Of a stretch of 64,000 bases of DNA, positions 11,801 to 23,800 are shown piece by piece; position 1 is the stretch's first letter; each line of letters starts with the position of its first letter. The DNA comes from Paludibacteraceae bacterium. GTDB lineage: Bacteria > Bacteroidota > Bacteroidia > Bacteroidales > Paludibacteraceae. The stretch covers positions 79,066 to 143,065 of the forward strand of contig CAVFDI010000001.1 in the NCBI GenBank assembly GCA_963621145.1. The letters are read 5' to 3'. Below the pieces are notes generated by a model that saw only the letters and a program-made list of their open reading frames with translations, was not told the DNA's origin and did no database searches. A program made the translations under genes and the position numbers.

Positions 11801-14800
11801 CTAGCATCAACATTCAAGTGCTCGATGTGCCTGAGGCTGCCATTGTGGCTGATAAAACCACGGTTTGCGAAGGCGACAATGTTACACTGTCGGCCAACGA
11901 TGGTGTAAAATGGCAATGGTACAAAGGCAATGCCGAAATTGCTGGTGCTACTGGTCAGCACTACACGATAAATAGTGCTTCGTATGGCACAACAACCTAT
12001 AAAGTTGTGGTTGAAAATGCTGCTGGTTGCTCTACCACGGCATCGTATGCGCTGGCTGTTTCGCGCAAACCAGATGCCACCATTTCGGGTGATCTCGATA
12101 TTTGCAGCGGCACAAGCACGACTCTTACCGCACCGCTCTCTGATAGCTATTTGTGGAGTACGGGCGAGACTACGCGCAGCATTACTGTAACGCCAAGCGC
12201 TACGACTGATTATTCAGTAACCGTAACTGTGGGCGATTGCTCGGCTACAGGCGTTGCTACTGTGAATGTCAACCCACTACCAATGGTAACACTCACACCC
12301 GATGATCCTACCGTTTGTGTGGGCAATTCAACCATACTGCGTGCTGGCACAGGCTTCAAATATTATAAGTGGAGCACTGGCCAAGAAGGCCCGAATTTGT
12401 CGTCGATTGGCATTTCACCAACCGAAAATACCGTCTACACTGTAACTGTAACCGATGCCAAAGGCTGCACTGGCGTGGCGCAAACTACCATAGCAGTAAC
12501 GCAAGTGGCGGCTCCAACCATCACCGTGCTTTCGGGTTCTGAAACTGTTTGCGCTGGCGAAGAGGTTGTGCTGCAATCGAGCGCTGCCAAGGAATATCAG
12601 TGGAGCAGCAATGTGGAGGTATCGCAACAAAGTGAACAAACCGTAGTTGTTTACCCAACGCAAACGAGTGTCTACACTGTAACAACTACAAACAAAGCGG
12701 GTTGCCAAAGCTCGAAAGATATCACCATCAATGTAACTAAGTTGCCAACACCTACGATTACTGGTGCCGACAATATGTGCAAAGGTGATATGACGGGCGT
12801 TGAACTCACCGCTAGCAGCGATGTGCCTGGCGCAACCTTCATTTGGAGTACGGGCGACAACACCGCCAACATCATTGTTAAACCTTCGAAGACCACTACT
12901 TATAGAGTTTGGGCATCGAATGGCAAGTGCAAGAACTCAACGCCTGCCGAGTTCACGCTGAAAGTGAACGACGCTCCGGCGGCTGCTATCACAGGTAAAT
13001 CGGCCATTTGCCTTGGCGAAAGCGTTACATTGGAAGCCACTGGCGGTGTTACTTACTTGTGGCAGAATATCGAAGGTTCGGCTAAGACCTTGAGCAAGAT
13101 AACCGTATCGCCAACGCAGACTACAAAATATGTCTGCACGGTAACCGACGATCATGGTTGCACAAAAGATGCTTCGTTCGAGGTTGTTGTTAATCCGCTG
13201 CCGAAACCAAGCATTACGGGTAAGAATAAGATTTGCCGTGGCGGAAGCACCACTTTGGCTGCTACAGGTGGCAATAGCTACTTGTGGAGCACGGGCGAAA
13301 CCACCAAGGAAATCATTGTAAATCCTGCCTATACCACCACCTACACCGTGGAGGCTAGCAACGCCAATGGGTGCACGAGCGAGGCTACATTCACCGTCGA
13401 GGTTGTTCAAGAACCTAAAGTGCATATCGATGGACCGACTGTAAGTTGCTCTGGTACGCCAGTTACACTTACCGTAACGCCCGACGACAGCCGCACTTAC
13501 ACCTGCATTTGGAAACACAACAATTCTACCAAACTGGCCGAGGCTGTGAATCCAACTTCGTCTACCACTTACGAAGTAGAAGTGTTCGATGGCGAATGCT
13601 CTAAGATATTGACGCACACGGTTACAGTGAATAAACTGGAAGATCCGAAGATTGATGGTCCTGCACAAATTTGCCTGGGCGAATCTACCACACTGAGTGT
13701 GGCGAATGTGCCGAACAACTTTGTATCGTATCAATGGAGCACGGGCGAAACCACTCAAAGCATTGAGGTGAAACCTGCTGTAGTGGGCATGAGCACCTAC
13801 ACCGTTACCTGTACCGATGCTAACGAATGCACCAGCGAAGCCACCATCGACATTGTGGTTAGCGCACTGCCCGATGCTACCATCACTGCCTCGACCGACG
13901 TGCTTTGCGAAGGCGACAACAGCGTTACGCTGACCGCTTCGGGCGCCGGCATCAGTGGTAAATATAATTGGTACGAAGATGAACTCGCTACTGTGCTGTT
14001 GGCTGGCGGCGAAGGCACCCCGACCTACACATTCAACGACCTGACCTACACGAAGAAGATTTATGTAGTTGCTATCTCGAAACTTGGTTGCAAGAGCGCA
14101 CCGAAAGAGTACGAATTGGTTGTAACACCAAAACCGAACCCAACCATCACCTCGTCGGTTCCTGCCAATGTAATCTGCACTGGCGGCACGGTTGAACTGA
14201 GCGTTTCCGATCCCGATCCCGATGTAACCTTCGTTTGGAGCGATGGCACAGAGGGCGCACACATGACCGCTACGGCTCCTGGCGAATATCGCGTTACGGC
14301 TACCAATGTGGCTGGCTGCACGCAAGATGCAAGCATCACCCTCATCGAAGAAGCATTGCCTGATGCGAAGATAACGCCATCGATAATAGCCGGAACTGGC
14401 GCTGGCGTAGCAGAGGAAAATATCGCTAGAATTTGCGCTGGCACACGCTTGAAACTGACTGCCACACCGCAAGCCACACCAACACTCACCTACACCTACA
14501 AGTGGAATACTGGTTCTATTGCAAGCGAAATAATGGTGAACCCAACCGCTAGCACCACCTATTCGGTAGTGATAACAAGCGCTTCGGGTTGCGAACAGAC
14601 TGCTACAATAGAAGTGAAGGTGAACGAATTTGTAACCATCGAAGGAAAGACTGAAGTCTGCGCAGGAATGCCGTATGTATTGAATGCAATAGGCAATAAT
14701 CTGTCGTACTACGAATGGACACGCAATGGCGAGAAGTTGCCTAAATACGATGGCGTGGCTAGCATCGATTGTGTCGATTCTGTGCCTGCTGGACAGATGT

Positions 14801-17800
14801 CGGCCGAGGTTACTTATGGTGTGAAATGTATTTACGACAACAACTGCGAAACCGATACCACCATCACCGTTAAGGTTTATGCTAAACCTAGCGATCTCAC
14901 CATCAATGGCATTGGTGGCGTCGATGCAATGGATTCGGTTTGTGTAGAATCGGCAAAACAACTCTCGGTAATTCCAACGGGCGGCTCGTCGCTCACGGGC
15001 GCAACCTACAAATGGACTGGCTCGGGCATCACCGACGAAACGGCTGCTACGCAAACCATCACACCAACGACTGTTGGTCAGGAGACTTACTCTTGCCAAA
15101 TTACCATGCCTGGCGGTTGCGACACTACTGTCAACATCATATTGAAAGCCGTGGCTCTGCCAGAATTGGCCGCTTGTCCCGATACTACTATCTGCTTCGG
15201 AACAGAGGCGCAACTCTATCTTACCGCTAAGAACAATTGTCCTGATGGCACAACCATCACATGGACGAGCGACAATGGCGGCGGTGGCGCTAGTGGCGAT
15301 GTTGTTCGGGTAGCACCAACCACAACGACCACCTACACCGTTACGGCTAAAACGCCTGCACCACTTGGTTGCAGCACCACTCAAACGGTTACCGTAACTG
15401 TAATTCCGCAACAGCAGCCCACGGTTACTCCTTCGCCTGCACTCATCTGCCTCGATGCAGCGGGCATTAGCGAGGACGACCTGAATCTGACTACTGAAGA
15501 TACCGACTCGGAAGGTCGCACCTACAAGGCTTACAAGTGGTATGCCGAGGACGATCCGACCACCATTATTGGCACATCGAATGCCATCACAGTGCCGAAG
15601 GCCAACATTACTGCAACTCGCACCTATGTGGTTGAGGTTACAACGCAGGAAGGCTGCACCGCTCTTGGTAGTGTTGAAGTGCCTGTAAGCGAAAAACCAT
15701 CGGTATCGATAAAAGGTGAAACGCAAGTGTGCGAAGGTAAGTCGCTTGTGCTGCAAGCCGAAAGTCCAATAAATGTAACACGTTACGAATGGACCACCAA
15801 CGACGACCCGAACACTGTATTCGCCACAACGCAGAGTGTTACCGTTTGGCCAACTACCACGGTTAATACCTACTACTTGACCGTATACAACGATAAAGGT
15901 TGCCGCTTCGAGGTGAACCCAGGTCACAATGTAACAATTCTGAAAGCACCAAAACCGCAGATTGCTGCCGATCATAACCCAATTTGCGAAGGCGACGATG
16001 TGATACTGACTGCATCGGACCTGAACAGCGGCACTTGCACGGTTGTTTGGGACGATAACTCCACCAACCCAGTGCGTAAGATTATTGGCTTGACATCGAC
16101 CACCACCTACAATGTAACCCTCACCAACGAGAATGGTTGCGTCGAACAGGTAGAATTTACCGTCGATGTGAACCCGCTGCCAAAACTGAAGATTACGGGT
16201 AACACGCAAGTGTGCGTGGGCGACAGCGTGCTGTTGAGCGTTGAAGATGCCAATGGCGTCGACAACAAATACAGTTGGACTGGCGGCGCATGGCGCGAGG
16301 CTACCGACAAAGGCTCGGTTAACAACAGCAAAGTTTGGGTTTATCCGACCAATGTTGTAGATAGCACCGAATACTGCGTAACATCAGTCGATGTGAACTC
16401 GTGCAACAGCAAACAGGTATGTCACAAAATTTTGGCATTCGCTAAGCCGATAGCCATGATCAACGGCAAACAGATGGCTACCGACACCATTTGCGTGGGT
16501 CAAAGCCTGATACTCGAAGCCACGGGCGGCAGCAAATTCAAATGGAGTACCAATGCCGAATCGCAGCAGATTACCACGCCTATCTACAACTCGGTAAATA
16601 CCTACATATTCTGGGTTGATGTATACAACGAGGCTAACTGCGTTCAACGCGACTCCATCTGGGTTAAAGTTATGCCGAAACCAAATGCTTACATCGAAAG
16701 TGTTTCGCCTGCTACGCAAGTGTGCGAAGGCACAACTGTGACCATGCGTGCTTCTGACGCTCCTTCGGGCAGCCGCTACACCTACGCATGGACCAACAAC
16801 ACGGGCGAAACCATCGAAAATGCTAATCAGCAAGAGATTTCGGTAACGCCAACCATTACCACGGCTTACAAACTTGTGATTACCGATGTGGAGACGAAGT
16901 GCGAGAAAGAGATTTTGCAGACCATCTACATCGATCCGAAAGCGAAAGTGAACTTCACAGCAACACCCGACACCATTTGCGAAGGCGATGTGTTTAGTAT
17001 CGAGATTGAAGGCGATGTGTCGGGTCAGGCCATTGCTTGGGAACAACTGAAAAACGGCACGGCTCAAGATGTATCTTCGTGGGCTGGCATGACGTCTATT
17101 GTCGACTCGCCAACAGCTAGCGAATATATCTACCGCGCTACGCTTACCAACAAGGTTACTGGGTGCTTAACAGTGCTCGAACGCCGACTTGTGGTTGTTC
17201 GTGTGCCGAAAGCAGGTATCCAGATTGTGAATAAGACAACCAGCACCGTTTGCCAAGGCGATCCAGTAGAATTGCAAGCATGGAACGACGAAGGTAAGTA
17301 TTCAACTGCTGAAAATGTTCAGTTTGTTTGGATGATTGGTGACGACACCATCGCTCCTCTCAACCAACGGAAAATAATTGTTTATCCGCGCACCACTACC
17401 ACTTACACAGTGGTAATGCAGAGCCTTGTAAATGGTTGCACTTCGTCGCGCGACACCACCATCAATGTGCTCGAGATTCCTCATGTGAACATCGTAGAGC
17501 CTGATAATCAGGTTATTTGCGAGGACGAAGAGATCTCCTTTACGCTCGAAGGCGTTTTGGCAGAATATGGTGTAGCATGGCATAAATACGATCGCGGTAC
17601 AGAAGTCGCTTCGTGGGCTAAGAATGGCGTAACTACCGTTACCGACAAGCCAACCAAGAGCGAATACGATTACAAAGTCGTCATTTCGAACCCGCTTGGT
17701 TGCGACACCACCATTGTGCGCCACTTGCGTGTGAACTCTGTGCCACGACCAGGCATTAAGTTCCCAGGTGCTAAACAAGACACCATTTGCGAAGGCGAAG

Positions 17801-20800
17801 AGGCTTGGTTGCAGGCAACAAATACCGAAGGTAGTTGGAGCACGATGTACTACACCTACGGCTGGTTGAACCATGGCGATACGCTGACGCACGACGACTA
17901 CACTCTGAAACTGAAGCCGACTAAGACCGACAACTACACCTTCTACATCATCGACAAGGCCTCGGGTTGCCGCCGCACCATCGACACCACCGTTGTGGTT
18001 CTGCCGATACCGCGCGTCGAACTGAGCGACCCTGGCACATTGCTGTGCGAAGGCGAAATGTACACCCTCGACCTCAGCAGCGAACTGCCGCTGACCGATG
18101 CCAACATCACTTGGACTAAGACGGATAGTTACAGCGTAACGTTGGATACGAAGAGCGACATCGTTACCTATAGCGATAAACCAACGGCTGGCGACTACAC
18201 CTACACTGTAGTTGTAGCCAATGCCAACAAGTGCGACACTACCATTGTTCGCAAATTGAAAGTCAGCAGCGTGCCGCAACCTTACATCTTGATTGGCGAT
18301 GGCACTGGCGACACCATTTGCGAAGGCGATCAAGTGAAGTTGATTGGTCAAAACATGAAGAGCAACTACAACTTTACCGATTATCCTGTAGCATGGATTG
18401 TTGGCAACGATACACTTCAGAAAGACCAGACTCAACTGCTGCACAAGCCACAAAAGACCACAACCTACAAATTTGTGGTTACCAATGCGGCTACTGGTTG
18501 CTTCATAGCTGTCGACACCACCATATTTGTGAAGGCACGCCCAGCAACCAAACTGAATGTGAAATTGCCTAGTGGCTCTACCGATAACACCATCTGCAAA
18601 GGCGAATCTATCAGCATGCAGATAGTCGATACCGTGGCTAACAACACCGACGGACTGCATGTTCAGTGGAAACGCAATGGCGTGATTGTGACTGAATGGG
18701 CCAACAAGTTCGACATTGTGAACTACACGCCCGACGATGACGAAAGTTATGTGATAACAGTCGACAATGGTCGCTGCCCGATAGTGCTGAACTACGACCT
18801 AAAAGTGAACTATCTGCCCGATCCTACGGTTGAACTGCGCTCTGGTTCGCGTGTGAATTGCGCTGGTACGCGTGTCGATATTGGCGGCGCACAAAATCAA
18901 GATCTTGATTCGCGCTATGTTTACGAATGGACAACAGTGCCTGTGGGCGAAGTTATCGCAAATCCGCACGACAAGGACATTGCGGTTTATCCCTACACCA
19001 CAACCACCTATGTCTACACAGTAACCGATACGCAGACAGGTTGCTCGCGCTCCGACAGCATTGCTATCACCGTAAATCAACGGCCTAAAGTAACGCTCGA
19101 GGTTGTTTATCCAGAAGGCACCGAGGGCAATCTTATCTGCCAGACCGAGCCAGTAACGCTGCGCCTGCGTGGCGAAACCGACAGTTTGAAGACTCTGTGG
19201 TTTGTTAACCAAATTCCGCAAGCCGAATGGGCCGACAAACTCTCGATTACCGATGCGCCAAGCAACGAACGCAACGACTACACTGTGAAGGTTTACAACG
19301 CTAATTGCGAACTGCAAATAGACACAACTATTTTGGTAAGCAAAGTGGAAAATCCGAAGATCTACAGCGTAGGCGACATCACCACCATTTGCGAAGGCAC
19401 TAAAGTGGAATTGAAAGCGCTAGATCCGCAAATAACGACGATGGTAAATGGTAAGAATATCAATGACTATCGCTGGACGAGTAGCAATCCGAAGGAAGTT
19501 CTCGAAAATCCGACGAACCAAAACATTCTTGTTTACCCGAAGACGACTACAACCTACACCTACACCACTACCAACTTGCTCACAGGCTGCTCGCGTTTCG
19601 ACACGCTGCGCATTGTGGTAAATCTGAAACCAGAGGCTAAATTCGAGGTGGCTTACGGTGCAAACATCACTGCCGATAGTACCATTTGCGCTGGCGATCC
19701 TGTTACTCTGCGTGTAACTAGCAACGATTCGGGTAACCTCTACACCAAATGGTATGCCAACGAACACGAAGTGCCCGATTGGGAGAATAAACTCACCATT
19801 ACCGATGTTTGCCCCGATAGCACGGTGATCTATCGTGTAGCGGTAAGCAACGACTACTGCGAGGCCGATCGTCTAGAGCAGACTGTGAAAGTGAAGTTCG
19901 TTCCAAATCCAACGATTGACATACTTCGTGGCGGCTATACCATGTGCGAAGGCCAACAATTGCTGTTGGTTGCTAAAGCGGCTCAGCGCCAAGACCTTGG
20001 ATTCAAGTATCAGTGGTTGTCGAGCTCGCCGAACGACCAAATCAGCGACTCTACAGGTCAATCGCTCACCGTTTATCCGACAGGTATCACCACTTATACC
20101 TATGTGATTACCGATCCAGCAACGGGTTGCTCGCGCACGGGTCAAATTCAGATAAATGTGAACAAGAAACCTGATGTTCGCTTGGTTACTGGCAGCAACA
20201 CGCTGGCTAAGGATACGCTCATCTGTGGTGGTAATCCTGTGACATTGCGCGTCGATGGCGACTTGAAGAATCTGACTTTCGCTTGGTACAAGAACGACCT
20301 TGTACAGCCTGGAACTTCGTCGACCTACACCGATACGCCTGAATCGAATGCTAAGTACTATGTGATTGTTACCGATACAACCACGGGTTGCGAAACTAGT
20401 CAGGGCGATTTGGCTGTGGATGTCGAGGTGAACATCATGCCTGTTCCGACCATCGAACTTGTGGGCGCTGGAGTTACCAACCATGTTTGCAAAGGCACAA
20501 CCATCACGTTGCAGGCCAAAGAAGACCAGGCGCACGATGTGAATAAGTATCGTTATCAATGGTCGGGTGGCGGTAAGTCGAGCCTTGGTAGCACACAATC
20601 TATCAATGTGAAACCTGATGTAACGACCACCTACATGTATACTGTTCGTAATCTGATTACAGGTTGCACGCGCAGTGTCGATACCACCATCTATGTTTAC
20701 GATGTGCCGAAGGTAACGCTCTCGTCGTCGATTGAACAAGGCTACGAGGATAGTTACTGCGCAGGCGATCCTGTTACACTGAGTGTTACTGCTGGCGAAG

Positions 20801-23800
20801 GCACCAATGCCGACGATCTGCAATACACATGGCTGCGCAACAACGAGGTGATTGCTGGTGCTACTACCAACACACTCATCGACTACCCAATGGGTACTGC
20901 CGACAATGTGAACGACACCATCTACACCTACGAGGTTGTGGTTCAGAACAAATCGAGCCATTGCCAAGCCGATCCAACTGGTCTGAAGTACTCGCTCACG
21001 GTGAAACCGCTGCCTGTACCAACCATTACGGCATTCGACAACAATGGCGATGTGATAGAGAAGAACCAGACGGTTTGTCCCGATCGCGATATTCGTCTGC
21101 AAGGTACGCACTTGTCGGGTAAATTGTTCCGCTACACTTGGTATTCGCAGAACCAAACCGATCCCGACATCACCGCTACCGACAAACCGAACGAGGTTTG
21201 GGTATCGCCGTCGCAAACTACCACCTACACCCTCGAAATCGAGAATTTGGAGACTGGTTGCAAGCGCACCACCACTCACACCATCAGTGTATTGGCTACG
21301 CCGAAGATTAAGATAATCAGCACTGCCAAACAGGACGATGGCAAATCGGTTGCTTGCGTAAACGATCCCGACATCACGCTGAAAGTGGTTCAGGCCGATG
21401 GCTCCGAGATTGACGACTTCAAGTTCAACATTACTTGGCTCGACGATCTGGGCAACGACCTTGGTGGCACGGCCGACATCACACTCACTGCCGATGCAGT
21501 CTCGACACACACCTACACCGTTCAGGTTGAGAATGTGCCAGGTGCTACAGGCCTGAAGTGCCCAGTTGTGGCTACTCATGTTGTCGATATTCAAACGGCT
21601 CCGACCGACATTACTATCGATGCTTACACCAACGATGGTCGCACGCTGCTCACCGAGAAAGAGTATGTATGCGCTGGCGAACCTGTGTTGCTCGAGGCTA
21701 AGAAACAAGACAAGATGACCTACGAATGGCGCGACGAGTGGGGCACGGTTTACACTGGCGACAACAACTCGCGTACATTCACTGTAAATCCGCAGAAAAC
21801 GACAGTCTACACCGTGAAAGTTACCAACATGGGCGGTTGCTCGTACGAGGTATCGCGTAAGATTTTGGTTAATCCTAAACCTACGGTAACCATAAGCGGG
21901 CCTACTTCGTTCTGTCTCGAAGAGGTGGGCAAGTCGTTCACTCTGAAGGCCACTTCGAACCCATATTCGAAGAACTACACCACCATTGTTTGGACCTACG
22001 AGGTAGATGGCGGCACCAACACCTTCGAGGGCCAGAGCATTGAATATGCTCCGCAAAAGGCTGGTACTTACAAGTTCACCGTGGTGGCACGTCACGAGTC
22101 GAACAGCACAATTTGCGAAAGCGATCCTGTTACCTACCAAGTGATAGTGGCTGGCGTTCCGCAAGTTGGTACCAAGGACTTGAAAGTGGTTTCGTCGCTC
22201 GACTCTACGGCCAATGCTTGCGTGAATACGCGCTTCGAGATTGAAGCCACGCCTGGCTACACCAAGTATGTGTTCGGTACTACCGATAGAGTGGTTTATA
22301 CACCAAAACAAGAGAGCGATAAGAACACATTCAACGATGTGGTGAAATCGGAAGGCTCGTGGATTTACTATTGCGACTTCTATAATGCTGCTGGTTGCTA
22401 CAGCCGTCAGGAAATCGACATCGAGGTTAATCCAATGCCTGATAATGTTACGATAACGCCAACTGCGGTGAATGGTGTTCTTAACAACTATAAGTCGGAG
22501 GGTGAACAGCCCGAGGTTGTTGTTTGCGAAGGCACTTCGTTGAAACTCAATGCAAATGCGACGGGTAAAACCAACAGTTATTCGTGGATCGATTCCGATG
22601 GCAAGACTCACCCATCGCAGCAGGAGATTAGCGTAACGCCGTCGCACACAACCACTTACACAGTGTCGGTAACTAACTTGAGCGGTTGCTTGGTAACAAG
22701 TCGCTTCACTGTGAAAGTTGTGCCGATGGATAAACTCACGCTCACAGCCAACAACACGAACGACTCGCTGGCTATCTGCGCCGGCAGCAAAGACAAAGTC
22801 ACGCTGCGTGTAACTGGCTCGTCGGCAAGCACTTACGACTATCGCTGCCCATCGACTGGTGCTTACTACTTGTCGAAACCTGCAAGCATTCAGATTCCTG
22901 CTCCGCAATCGGACGAAGTGTGGTTTGTCTACGCAAGTTCGAGCGCAAACAGCAGTTATGGCACAAGTTGCCAGAGCGAAGCGAGTGTCAAGATTCATGT
23001 TTTGAATAATCCTGACAACACGAAAGGCTCTATCAAGGTGAATGGCGGCGAATCGTTCACGGTTTGCGCTGGCTCTACCGTAACGCTCACTGGCGATCAT
23101 GCCGATGCCGTTACCTACTTGTGGAGCACTGGCGAAGTGAAGCCGTCAATCCAAGTGCTGATGCCGAACTACGAGAAGGATACTACCATCACATTCTGGG
23201 CAATAGGCCGCAACGCACTTGGCTGCGACAATACGCAAGACACCATGAAGTTGCAACTGTTCGTTCGTATGCAACCTGAGCCTAAGATTGTGAGCGAAAC
23301 CATCTGCTACGAGCAGCAACCGCTCCGTCTCGAGGCTGGCGACAAAGTGCTTACCTATCGCTGGTACGACGAGAATGGCAACGAGGTATCGCGCAAGTAC
23401 TATTGCGAGATTAAGCACGATACGGCAGGTATCTATAACTACAAACTGACTGCTCGCAACGATGCTGGCTGCGAAACCACCATCACCGTTTCGGTAACAG
23501 TTCGTCCGTTCGAGGCCAACATCTCGGGTCTGACCTATCTCTGCTCAGGCAATTCTACCAAACTTTGGGTCGATGGTTGCTCGTTGGCGGCTGGTTATCA
23601 GTTCCGCTGGACATTCGCAGGCGAGATATTCAGCACTGTCGACACGGTTACCGTATCGCGCCTCGGCACCTATGGAGTAGAAGTAACAACGCCGTGGCTG
23701 ACTAGCGCAGTTGGTACCATCGAGGTTCAGCAGAGCGAAACGCCGAATGTGAAGTTCACAACGCCGCAACCTGCTTGCCAAGGCGATCGCTACGCCATGT

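Noticed and set aside
12937-16209. 1,090-aa ORF antisense to the giant gene. Similar ones lie at 19873..23100 (1,075 aa), 6403..8760 (785 aa), 17302..18660 (452 aa) and 3376..4290.
   Set aside because: Stops in the codon-aligned antisense frame arise only from sense CTA, TTA or TCA codons, which this Thr/Gly/Val-rich gene rarely uses. The products are Arg/Cys/Ser-rich low-complexity sequence with no motifs, signal peptides or promoters. I treat them as compositional artefacts.
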